A DNA stretch of 22,119 bases from Erysipelotrichaceae bacterium (GTDB lineage: Bacteria > Bacillota_I > Bacilli_A > Erysipelotrichales > Erysipelotrichaceae). This document shows, one piece after another, positions 1 through 10,605 of this stretch; position 1 is the first letter of the stretch, and the number at the start of each line of letters is the position of its first letter. Location of the stretch: contig JAUVVC010000013.1 in the NCBI GenBank assembly GCA_030604855.1, positions 1 to 22,119 on the forward strand, written 5' to 3'. Both the position numbers and the translations under genes were made by a program. The notes beneath the pieces are model-generated. The model worked only from the letters and a program-made list of their open reading frames with translations. It did no database searches and was not told the origin of the DNA.

Positions 1-63
1 ATCATCAATAAAGTCCTCACCCAAAGTATAACTGAATTCCCTTTGTGTGAGGACGATGAATAA
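1..63 (+). CDS. 3' end of an unidentified CDS entering from the left edge (20 codons, ...IINKVLTQSITEFPLCEDDE, then TAA at 61-63)
   Basis: Frame 1 is open from the window edge to TAA 61-63, and a + strand intrinsic terminator follows at 97-124. It is too short to identify. Confidence 0.3.
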   Translation: MINKVLTQSITEFPLCEDDE

Positions 64-96
64 ATCATGGATTATGTTTTCTTTATTTTTCAAGAT

Positions 97-124
97 GGCG
101 AAGATTTATCTTCGTCACTTTTTT
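97..124 (+). terminator. Rho-independent terminator
   Basis: The stem GGCGAAGA (97-104) pairs with TCTTCGTC (109-116) with one G-U pair. The loop is TTTA, followed by AC and TTTTTT (119-124). Confidence 0.6.
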
Positions 125-193
125 ATGGTAATATTTGAATGCTTTATAATGAACGGCACCATTCGCAAAAGAAGACTTTTAATTCGACTCATT

Positions 194-230
194 GACGAAA
201 AGAAAGGACGCCTATGAAAGCATCCTTTCT
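194..230 (-). terminator. Rho-independent terminator of the vanZ-like gene
   Basis: On the - strand, AGAAAGGATGC pairs with GCGTCCTTTCT (about 11 bp including one G-U). The 8-nt loop contains the TAG stop codon (212-214). TTTTCGTC follows the stem. Confidence 0.55.
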
Positions 231-667
231 TTTCGTTTCCTTTGGGAATTATGAATTAGATTCATGATGAGAAACCCGAATAGGATTCCACTTAAGTCAA
301 TGAACATGTCTGTAATGGCCATGGCTCTTCCTGGTATGAAACTTTGAACAGTCTCATCGATTACAGGAACCAAGCATGCTAAGTAAAGTGGAATCGTATT
401 CTTTAAATCAAATGCACTTTGTTTAATCAACACACCAAGGATAAAGAATTCGGTAAAATGAGCTGCTTTACGAATCAAGAAACTCAGAAGTTGACGTTCG
501 ATATCAATTCCAATATTGGATAATAGGGACTGTATCGTTGTGGTGATCATTCCGCTTTGAAGACTGGATCGTGACCCATCCTGTAATGAAAAGGATAGAA
601 TGACGATAACCCATAAAATACTTAGTATTGGAAATAGCAGTTTGTCGTGCTTGTGTCGTTTTGTCAT
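212..667 (-). CDS. VanZ-like family membrane protein
   Basis: 151-aa ORF with about 4 hydrophobic helices. It carries the RKAAHFTEFFILG motif characteristic of VanZ-like proteins. GAGGA lies 12 nt upstream of the ATG, and a TTGAGG-17-TATAAT promoter lies upstream on the - strand. Confidence 0.8.
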   Translation of the reverse strand: MTKRHKHDKLLFPILSILWVIVILSFSLQDGSRSSLQSGMITTTIQSLLSNIGIDIERQLLSFLIRKAAHFTEFFILGVLIKQSAFDLKNTIPLYLACLVPVIDETVQSFIPGRAMAITDMFIDLSGILFGFLIMNLIHNSQRKRKERMLS

Positions 668-686
668 AGGAAGTCGATGTCCTCAA

Positions 687-695
687 TGGTATAAT
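687..695 (+). promoter_or_regulatory. Extended -10 promoter (TGGTATAAT) for the yitT-like gene
   Basis: TG at 687-688 and TATAAT at 690-695. No good -35 lies at 17 nt (TTGTCA at 661-666 is 23 nt away). The start codon GTG 702 lies 7 nt after the -10. Confidence 0.5.
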
Positions 696-722
696 TATAG
701 CGTGAAAACTCTAGACCTCAAA
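694..722 (-). promoter_or_regulatory. Sigma-70 type promoter for the vanZ-like gene
   Basis: On the - strand, TTGAGG (722-717), a 17-nt spacer, then TATAAT (699-694). The -10 overlaps the + strand -10 within the palindrome TATAATTATA (690-699). Confidence 0.55.
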
Positions 723-1562
723 AAAATAATCTTTGACTTCATGCTTGTTATTACAGGTAATTTCCTATTGGCAATTGCGGTTCATACCTTTATCTTACCG
801 TATGAGATTCTATCGGGAGGTGTAGCTGGGATTGCGGTTTCCGTCTCAAAGCTGACTGGTTTTCGATCTGATCTGATCATCACATTTTTGATTTGGTCAC
901 TTTTTGCGCTGGGGGCTGTGTTTTTGGGTAAGAAGTTTACCGTTCATACCATCTCAAGCAGTGTCTTGTATCCGATATTTTTGAATGTATTGGCAGCGAA
1001 CCCGGTTCATGTGAACATCGATCCTTTACTGGCCAGTCTTTATTCGGGTTTGGTTGCGGGCTTTGGGATTGGTTTGGTGTTTCGTACAGGGGCTTCGACG
1101 GGGGGGATGGATATACCACCCTTGATCATCCATAAATATACCAATTTCGATTTAAGTCAATTGGTACTCATCGTAGACTTATTAACGGTCTTGTTGGGTG
1201 TATTTGTGTATGGCATCGAAGCGGTGCTTTTAGGGTTCATATCGGTATGGGCTACTGCGATTGCGATCAATCGTGTGTTGGTCTTTGGTGGTCAAGAGGC
1301 GCGTTCGGTTATGATCATCACGGATAAAGTGGATGAAGTCGTACATATGATCGATACCATCTTGGAGAGAGGATCAACCTTATTGGAAGCCCAGGGGGGT
1401 TATACACGTGAACAGCGACAGGTTGTTTTGAGTGTCATCAATATGACCCAGTATCCAGAATTGATCAAGCAATTGAATTTGATTGATCCACAGGCGTTTG
1501 TCATTGCGACGGAGGCGACGGAAGTGAAGGGGAATGGTTTCTCCTTTGATTACAAGGTTTAA
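702..1562 (+). CDS. YitT family membrane protein (DUF161 repeats plus C-terminal DUF2179-like domain)
   Basis: The polytopic N-terminal part carries LSGGVAGIAV and GASTGGMDIP motifs, and the soluble C-terminal part reads RSVMIITDK...TEATEVKGNGF, as in YitT proteins. The N-terminus VKTLDLKKIIFDFMLVITGNFLLAIAV aligns with typical YitT starts. The ATG at 600 in the ORF track would add 34 atypical residues and overlap vanZ by 68 nt. The start at GTG 702 is uncertain. Confidence 0.8.
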   Translation: MKTLDLKKIIFDFMLVITGNFLLAIAVHTFILPYEILSGGVAGIAVSVSKLTGFRSDLIITFLIWSLFALGAVFLGKKFTVHTISSSVLYPIFLNVLAANPVHVNIDPLLASLYSGLVAGFGIGLVFRTGASTGGMDIPPLIIHKYTNFDLSQLVLIVDLLTVLLGVFVYGIEAVLLGFISVWATAIAINRVLVFGGQEARSVMIITDKVDEVVHMIDTILERGSTLLEAQGGYTREQRQVVLSVINMTQYPELIKQLNLIDPQAFVIATEATEVKGNGFSFDYKV

Positions 1563-1564
1563 TG

Positions 1565-1587
1565 AACTGGATAATTACCAGTTTTTT
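1565..1587 (+). terminator. Weak rho-independent terminator after the yitT-like gene
   Basis: AACTGG (1565-1570) pairs with CCAGTT (1578-1583) around a 7-nt loop, with a T-run at 1582-1587. The stem is only 6 bp. Confidence 0.4.
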
Positions 1588-1622
1588 AAAGGGGCTGTCT
1601 TAAGTTTAAATTAAGCTTGCTA

Positions 1623-1631
1623 TGCTATAAT
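1623..1631 (+). promoter_or_regulatory. Extended -10 promoter (TGCTATAAT) upstream of ftsE
   Basis: TG at 1623-1624 and TATAAT at 1626-1631. The GGAG ribosome-binding site (1642-1645) lies 5 nt before ATG 1651. Confidence 0.6.
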
Positions 1632-1650
1632 AAGGCTAATTGGAGATGCT

Positions 1651-2358
1651 ATGATTAAACTCAGTAATGTATCAAAAACGTATAAAAATGGTGTTAACGC
1701 ACTTTACAATATCAACCTTTTCATCGATCAAAGTGAGTTTGTTTACATCATTGGTCCAACCGGTTCAGGGAAGTCCACTTTGATCCGTCTTTTGGATGCG
1801 GAAGAAAAGCCGACCAAGGGAAATGTCGAAGTTGCGGGTATCAATGTGGGCTTGTTGAGGCACGGAAAAGTTCCTTATTATCGTCGTCATATCGGTGTTG
1901 TGTTTCAAGACTTCAAACTCTTGGAACGTAAGACGGTTTTTGAGAATGTTTTATATGCCTTGGAAATCACGCACATGAAACCTTTGGATGCACGTCAACG
2001 TGTACGTGAGGTTTTACAGTTGGTGGACTTAAGTGAGAAATCAAGTCATTATCCCGATCAACTCTCTGGTGGTCAACAGCAGCGTGCCGTCATTGCACGT
2101 GCCATTGCGAATAAACCGCAGATATTGATTGCGGATGAACCGACAGGGAATTTGGATCCTAAGAAGTCGGGTGAGATCATCAAGCTTTTAGAGAAGATCA
2201 ATCAAGAAGAGAAGACGACGATACTCATGGTCACTCATGACATTGGCATCGTGAATCAATTCAAAAAGAGAACGATTGCACTGGAAGCAGGGCACATCGT
2301 AGCGGATATGGCTGAAGGAGGATACATTCAACATGAATCGCATCATTCGGCCGTTTAA
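1651..2358 (+). CDS. ftsE: Cell division ATP-binding protein FtsE
   Basis: Walker A GPTGSGKST, ABC signature LSGGQQQR, and Walker B ILIADEPTGNLD. It has the typical FtsE N-terminus MIKLSNVSKTY and is followed by ftsX with a 26-nt overlap. Confidence 0.95.
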   Translation: MIKLSNVSKTYKNGVNALYNINLFIDQSEFVYIIGPTGSGKSTLIRLLDAEEKPTKGNVEVAGINVGLLRHGKVPYYRRHIGVVFQDFKLLERKTVFENVLYALEITHMKPLDARQRVREVLQLVDLSEKSSHYPDQLSGGQQQRAVIARAIANKPQILIADEPTGNLDPKKSGEIIKLLEKINQEEKTTILMVTHDIGIVNQFKKRTIALEAGHIVADMAEGGYIQHESHHSAV

Positions 2359-3229
2359 AGAGGGTTTTGTTGGCTTGATTCGTCATTTGGCGATGAGTTT
2401 TTCATCCATTATGGCGGTAATGATCACTTTGACCATCGTTTCACTCTTTGTAATGCTAACGGTCAATATTCAAGAGATCACACAATCGATCGAAGCAAAG
2501 GTACAAATTCATGTTCAGATCAAGAATGAAGTAGGATTACCGGATATTGGCGAGTTGGAGCGTTCCATTCGTGCCATGGAGGGTGTTGTGGAAGTCGTTT
2601 ACTCCGATAAGGATAAAGAGTTGAATCAATTCATCGAAGCTTATGGTGAAGAGGGCAAGATCTTTGAGATGTATCGGGGTGAAAAGAACCCATTACGCAA
2701 TGCTTTCATCATTGAAGTGCAGGATGCTAAGAATATCGATGCCATTTCCAAACGTGTTGAAGGAATGGATGGCATTGAAAGTGTGAACTATGGTGGCGTC
2801 AATGCGATCAAGTTGGTGGATATTCTGAACTCGATTCGTGATTCAGGTTTCATTCTTGTTGGTTTCTTGGGTTTTTTGGCCTTGTTTCTCATTGCGAACA
2901 CCATCAAAATGTCGATTCATTCACGCATGCATGAGATTTCAATCATGCGTACGATTGGGGCGACCAATGGCTTCATTCGTGCTCCTTTTGTAATCGAAGG
3001 CATCTTAATCGGCTTCTTTGGGGCGATCGTTCCTGTCTTGATCAGTATTTTTGGTTATCGATATCTTTACGATGCGATGGGTGGAATCCTCCTAAGCAAT
3101 CTCTTTATTTTAAGACCGGTTTTTCCCTTTGTTTATTATCTCTCGTATCTCTTGGTTCTTTTAGGTATTTCAGTGGGCTTGTTTGGGAGTTATTTGTCGG
3201 TCACGCGTTATTTGAGGGTCTATCGATGA
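2333..3229 (+). CDS. ftsX: Cell division permease-like protein FtsX
   Basis: 298 aa. A TM1 helix is followed by a large extracytoplasmic domain and 3 C-terminal TM helices. The FtsX-type N-terminus reads RPFKEGFVGLIRH. GAAGGAGG lies upstream, and the gene sits immediately after ftsE. Confidence 0.93.
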   Translation: MNRIIRPFKEGFVGLIRHLAMSFSSIMAVMITLTIVSLFVMLTVNIQEITQSIEAKVQIHVQIKNEVGLPDIGELERSIRAMEGVVEVVYSDKDKELNQFIEAYGEEGKIFEMYRGEKNPLRNAFIIEVQDAKNIDAISKRVEGMDGIESVNYGGVNAIKLVDILNSIRDSGFILVGFLGFLALFLIANTIKMSIHSRMHEISIMRTIGATNGFIRAPFVIEGILIGFFGAIVPVLISIFGYRYLYDAMGGILLSNLFILRPVFPFVYYLSYLLVLLGISVGLFGSYLSVTRYLRVYR

Positions 3230-4623
3230 AACGTATTCTTATCTTCATACTCATTTTTGTAATGGTGATTTTGAACACGAGTCCAATGTCATTTTTTGCC
3301 TATGATTTTGAGAATGAGGAGGCTTATTATGCCACGCTTTGTTCATCAACCGAAGCAGTGAATAATAAGGAGGCTTGCAGTGCTTATCAGAACTATGTGA
3401 ATGGTAAGGCACAGAATGCGGCAAATGAATTGACGAACTTAAGAAATGAATTGAAGGACGTGAAGTCGAACATCTTGAAATATGCAGCTCAGGTTACGGA
3501 GTATCAAAAGCAGATCGATCAGCTGAATGCTTCCATTAAAAACATCGAGAAATCCATTCAGTTGAGTGAAGCGTCCATAGCGGAATTGACACATAACATC
3601 AATATTCGTGAAGCAAACATCAAAGAAATCGATGCGTTCATTCAGACCCGCATGGTGAACATGCAGTCCTTTGTCTATTTGAACTCGTATATTGATTTCA
3701 TTGTAGGGGCTTCGGATTTCGTGGATCTTGTCCGTAGAATCGAGGGCATCAATGACATCACGCAAGCCGATAAGACGGAAATTGAGCGCTTGACGGAAGA
3801 GGTCAATGCCTTCAATGCGGATAAAGAGGAGCTTGAGCGTCAAGTTCAGGCCCTTGAAGATAATAAGCAGAATTTGGTAAAAAACAAAGAAACCGCATTA
3901 GGTCTTCAAGATGCGGTTGAGACCATCTTATTGGAATATCGTAATTTGGAAGCGGAGTTGATGGCGAAAGAAAGCTATGCGGCTGCCAATCTCAAAGATA
4001 TTCAAAGTCAATTGAAGTCCATTGCATCTTCATTGAATAATGTCATCGCATCCCCAGGTTGGGTGCGTCCCATTAATGGGGGTTTCCGTATTTCTGCGGG
4101 TGTATGGACCTATCCCTTTGGAGGAACTCATCTTGGGGTCGATTTTGCGGCTCCGGTGGGGACCGATTTGAGAGCGGTCGCCAATGGTGTGGTCATCTAC
4201 AGTACGAATGCTTGTCCGACTTGGGGTTATTATGGAAATACCTGTGGTTCTCCTGGAGTGAATCGTGGGGGTAACCAAGTGTATCTTCTGGTTTCGGTCA
4301 ATGGTGGAACCTATGGCATCATCTACATGCATCTTGAGAAAGATACACCCATCAGCTCGGGTCAAATCGTCAATCAAGGGGATTCCGTTGGTAAAGTGGG
4401 TTCTTCAGGAAGTTCAACGGGTCCACATTTGCACATTGAGGTTCATTATTTAGGGACCAAGAGTATTTCGGATTATGCGGCTTCATGGAATGGTGATCTA
4501 GGGTTTGGAAACAATTGGGGGAATGCCGGTTTGAGTTCACGTTGTTACTACAATGGTAATCGAGCACCATGTCGAGAGAATCCTCTTACGATATTCGGGG
4601 TCAGTTACGGCCAAAGTTATTAG
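3226..4623 (+). CDS. Secreted coiled-coil M23 (LytM-type) peptidoglycan endopeptidase, EnvC/PcsB-like FtsEX partner
   Basis: The start overlaps the ftsX stop in an ATGA overlap. There is a signal peptide (MKRILIFILIFVMVILNTSPMSFFA), then about 250 aa rich in heptad-like Q/E/K/L/N sequence. The C-terminal M23 domain has an intact HLGVD (HxxxD), YMHL and GPHLHIEVH (HxH). Confidence 0.88.
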   Translation: MKRILIFILIFVMVILNTSPMSFFAYDFENEEAYYATLCSSTEAVNNKEACSAYQNYVNGKAQNAANELTNLRNELKDVKSNILKYAAQVTEYQKQIDQLNASIKNIEKSIQLSEASIAELTHNINIREANIKEIDAFIQTRMVNMQSFVYLNSYIDFIVGASDFVDLVRRIEGINDITQADKTEIERLTEEVNAFNADKEELERQVQALEDNKQNLVKNKETALGLQDAVETILLEYRNLEAELMAKESYAAANLKDIQSQLKSIASSLNNVIASPGWVRPINGGFRISAGVWTYPFGGTHLGVDFAAPVGTDLRAVANGVVIYSTNACPTWGYYGNTCGSPGVNRGGNQVYLLVSVNGGTYGIIYMHLEKDTPISSGQIVNQGDSVGKVGSSGSSTGPHLHIEVHYLGTKSISDYAASWNGDLGFGNNWGNAGLSSRCYYNGNRAPCRENPLTIFGVSYGQSY

Positions 4624-4655
4624 TGTTATCAACTAAGAATACTTGAGGAAGAATT

Positions 4656-6123
4656 ATGAGTGAGAAAAAAATAAGAATACCCGTTGAACGTTATGAGTGG
4701 CCGGATGAACGACGCTTAAAAAGACAACGACGACTCCGTACCCTTTTCATAACCATCGGCTTGATTGTGGCTTTTGGTTTTGGCTATGTCGTTCGTACGG
4801 CAATGACGCCGTTGACCACAACGGTCAAAACGGATTTTGAGCGTTTTGAAGCGATTTTCAACGTGCTTAAGGATGATTGGTATTTTAGTAAAGATTTGAT
4901 CAATCCTGAAGATAAGCTGATCAACGATGCCGTCAAAGGCATGATTGAGAGCAGTGGGGATCCACATACGGTCTACATGACGGCAGATGAAGTTCAGATG
5001 TTTGCGGAGTCCATTGATCGTGGTTTTGTCGGCATCGGCGTATCCTACTTTGATAATAATGGTACGTTCATCATCGAACGTGTTTTCATCGATTCACCTG
5101 CTGAAAGAGCCGGAGTTCAACCGGGAGACATCATTTACTCTGTGGATGGTGTTTCAACCGTCGGTCTCACTTCAGATGAAATTGTAGATAAAGTTCGCGG
5201 TGAAGAAAATTCCATCGTAAGAATAGAATTCCTAAGAGGTCAAGACATCGTGGCTTTGGACATTACGCGTGGCATCATTGCGAATACGGCGTTTGGCAAG
5301 ATGCTTGAGAACAATGTGGCTTTTTTGGAGATCTACCAATTTGGGACCAGTACTGCAAAGGAAGTCAAACAGTATCTAGAGGTATTCAAGCAAGCCAACG
5401 CGAAGAAGATCATCATTGATCTTCGCGATAATGGAGGTGGATATCTCACTTCTTTAGAAGACGTTGGAAGTATGTTTGTGCCTAAGGATGGTATTCTAAT
5501 CAAACAAGAACTCACAAGTGGGGATGCCTTGGTTTCAAAGTCTAGCGGAAACATCGTTCTTCCTTTTGAAGATATCCTGATCTTAGTGAATGAAAACACA
5601 GCTTCTGCAGCAGAAGTTTTTGCCATCGCTGTGGAAGAAAACATTGGTTCAACAATAGTTGGAGTTTTAACCTACGGTAAGGGAACCGTCCAGCAACAAC
5701 GTCCGTTCTCGGATGGCAGTGCTTTGAAGTACACGGTTGCGGAGTGGTTCAGTCCCTTGGGCAATAAGATCAATGGGGTAGGCATCACACCGGATGTGAT
5801 CGTGTCCCAACACGAAGTCATGCAGGAATCGTTCACACTCTTGGAAGAAGATGAAAGCTATGGTTTCGATCAAGTTCATGAATCTATTCGGGATGCGCAA
5901 GTCGCCTTGGATTTTTTGGATTACGATGTGGATCGAACCGATGGCTACTTCTCTGAAGCGACATTGAAAGCAATTCAAGCCTACTTGAACATGAACAATT
6001 ATATTGAACTTGAAGCCGTGGTGAATAAGGCCTTGTTGGATACCCTACGTGCGGATGTCGTTCGGGAGTGGCATTTGAATCCACTCAAGGATCTCCAACT
6101 TCAAAAAGCCTTGGAGCTTGCCT

Positions 6124-6131
<8 letters not shown>
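4656..6131 (+). CDS. S41 family C-terminal processing peptidase (CtpA/CtpB-like) with PDZ and C-terminal peptidoglycan-binding-like domain
   Basis: It has an N-terminal TM anchor and a PDZ region ([13 protein letters not shown]). The catalytic region carries [11 protein letters not shown] (Ser) and YGKGTVQQ (Lys). The C-terminal [15 protein letters not shown] resembles a PG_binding_1 repeat. GAGG lies 7 nt before the ATG. Confidence 0.9.
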
Positions 6132-9559
<3,428 letters not shown>

Positions 9560-9568
9560 TCTAATTCT

Positions 9569-9592
9569 GGACCGCATCGCGGTCCTTTCTTT
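9569..9592 (+). terminator. Rho-independent terminator after the GH1 gene
   Basis: GGACCGC (9569-9575) pairs with GCGGTCC (9579-9585) around the loop ATC, followed by TTTCTTT. Confidence 0.8.
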
Positions 9593-9618
9593 ACAATAGA
9601 CAAAAAAAAAGGTAAAAT
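9590..9618 (+). promoter_or_regulatory. Sigma-70 type promoter for the 128-aa hypothetical gene
   Basis: TTTACA (9590-9595), a 17-nt spacer, then TAAAAT (9613-9618). GGGGGAAG lies upstream of ATG 9648. Confidence 0.6.
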
Positions 9619-9647
9619 GTCTCTTAAGCAAGTTCGGGGGAAGAATA

Positions 9648-10034
9648 ATGAAATTCAAAGTTGTTATAGTATTATTTGTCTTATCTTTAGCTGTAAATAT
9701 TTTCTATTTAAATCGTGATTATCAAACTTCACGTGAAGAAAATCATCTACTTGGAACGTATGTAGCAAATGTCGCAAATCAATCTAAAGTGGGTAGAGTT
9801 CAATACCAATTCACATTTGCATCGGATGGGAGCTATCAGCTCTATGCCGACAATAAAACCATTCTAAAAGGGCGATATGAACAAGTTGATGAGGGAATTT
9901 ACCAACTAACAAGTGAAGGTGAAGCGTATATGCTTCGTAGTGAAGTTGATCACTTCTACTTTCCTATCTTTGATGAAAAGACGATGTTGCGATTTGAATT
10001 AATCGGTCGAGTCCCAAGTTATTTCGCTGAATAA
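9648..10034 (+). CDS. Hypothetical membrane-anchored or secreted small protein
   Basis: 128-aa ORF with its own promoter, ribosome-binding site and terminator. It has an N-terminal hydrophobic helix (MKFKVVIVLFVLSLAVNIFYL) followed by a strand-rich soluble part. I recognise no family. By eye it looks AT-richer than its neighbours. Confidence 0.6.
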   Translation: MKFKVVIVLFVLSLAVNIFYLNRDYQTSREENHLLGTYVANVANQSKVGRVQYQFTFASDGSYQLYADNKTILKGRYEQVDEGIYQLTSEGEAYMLRSEVDHFYFPIFDEKTMLRFELIGRVPSYFAE

Positions 10035-10036
10035 AG

Positions 10037-10068
10037 AATAGCCACTTGTACTTTAACAGGTGGCTATT
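10037..10068. terminator. Bidirectional rho-independent terminator between convergent genes
   Basis: AATAGCCAC (10037-10045) pairs with GTGGCTATT (10060-10068) around a 14-nt loop. An A-rich flank (AAAG) lies on the left and a T-rich flank (TTCAATT) on the right. Confidence 0.6.
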
Positions 10069-10111
10069 TCAATTGGTGAATATTAGAATTTTAGAATACA
10101 AGTTAAAGGAA

Positions 10112-10504
10112 TCAATTTTCTTTCTGTTCCAAAAAGATCTTCCGTGTCACAAAGTTGAACACCATGACGATGCCAGCCGTCAGTACCTTGGCAATCAAAT
10201 CATTGATGCCCATATAATCAACCATGATGAATAAGCACAAGAGATTCAAGCCCAAGCCCATGACACTCAAGGTCGCAAAGATCGCGAACTCATGGTGTTT
10301 CTTTAAGTTGTCCTTCGACTTGAAGACGAACTTCATGCTCATCAAGTAATTAAAGATCAGGGATATCGTAAAACTAAAGAAACCAGCGGTGATGTAATAA
10401 ACACCAAACAGTTTCGTTAAGACATAATAAATAATGAAATCAAGGACGAAGGATAAGCCTCCGACAATGACGAATTTAAAGATTTGTTCAAATAGTTTTT
10501 TCAT
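10112..10504 (-). CDS. GtrA family membrane protein
   Basis: It has four TM helices and the GtrA-like N-terminus MKKLFEQIFKFVIVGGLSFVLDFIIYYVL. The ORF-track ATG at 10522 sits only 3 nt after the -10 hexamer, so it is probably not within the transcript. ATG 10504 is preceded by GGTGAG. Confidence 0.8.
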   Translation of the reverse strand: MKKLFEQIFKFVIVGGLSFVLDFIIYYVLTKLFGVYYITAGFFSFTISLIFNYLMSMKFVFKSKDNLKKHHEFAIFATLSVMGLGLNLLCLFIMVDYMGINDLIAKVLTAGIVMVFNFVTRKIFLEQKEN

Positions 10505-10525
10505 ACGTTCTACACTCACCATTGC

Positions 10526-10554
10526 ATTATGCCAAAAAAATGGACACCCGTCAA
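10526..10554 (-). promoter_or_regulatory. Strong sigma-70 type promoter for the gtrA-like gene
   Basis: On the - strand, TTGACG (10554-10549), a 17-nt spacer ending in TGG (a TGn extended -10), then CATAAT (10531-10526). Confidence 0.65.
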
Positions 10555-10593
10555 TTTGGAGTGTCTTTAAGCTTCGAAAAGCATTGTGTGGTG

Positions 10594-10599
10594 TATAAT
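10594..10599 (+). promoter_or_regulatory. -10 element (TATAAT) directly upstream of uvrA
   Basis: A perfect TATAAT lies 6 nt before ATG 10606. There is no Shine-Dalgarno sequence between them, and no good -35 was seen (TTCGAA with a 15-nt spacer). Confidence 0.45.
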
Positions 10600-10605
10600 A
10601 AGCGT

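Noticed and set aside
13-54. 8-bp inverted repeat GTCCTCAC...GTGAGGAC with a 26-nt spacer
   Set aside because: It lies inside the probable C-terminal coding region of the truncated left-edge ORF. The loop is too long for a stable regulatory hairpin, and no U-run follows.
67-138. 23-codon ORF (MDYVFFIFQDGEDLSSSLFYGNI) in the left intergenic region
   Set aside because: It has no Shine-Dalgarno sequence, and it spans the + strand terminator hairpin at 97-124. It is more economically explained as terminator sequence.
122-150. TTTATG-17-TATAAT promoter-like sequence on the + strand, pointing antisense into the vanZ-like gene
   Set aside because: It sits in an AT-rich intergenic context where such matches arise by chance. 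The -35 is poor and there is no downstream + strand ORF or structure. It could be an antisense promoter, but nothing in the sequence supports that.
600-701. ORF-track N-terminal extension of the yitT-like gene (ATG 600, MTITHKILSIGNSSLSCLCRFVIGSRCPQWYNYS)
   Set aside because: It overlaps the vanZ-like CDS on the opposite strand by 68 nt and runs through the divergent promoter. It is Cys/Ser-rich and unlike YitT N-termini, which begin near the KKxx...G..L.A motif reached from GTG 702.
10046-10234. 62-aa + strand ORF after the 128-aa hypothetical
   Set aside because: It starts inside the bidirectional terminator hairpin, has no ribosome-binding site, and is antisense to the 3' end of the GtrA-like gene.
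10522-10605. ORF-track extensions: uvrA from TTG 10522 and gtrA from ATG 10522
   Set aside because: Both extensions lie in the 83-bp divergent promoter region. UvrA homologues start at MxKDxIxIxGARxNNLK (ATG 10606). The gtrA ATG 10522 is only 3 nt after the -10 hexamer, so it is probably not transcribed.
10555-10605. Search for LexA/Cheo SOS boxes (CGAAC-N4-GTTCG) upstream of uvrA, with a parallel search upstream of ftsE (1590-1650) and within the ctp 3' end upstream of uvrB
   Set aside because: The best candidate, TTCGAAAAGCATTG, matches only the CGAA half plus TT. That is too degenerate to call.
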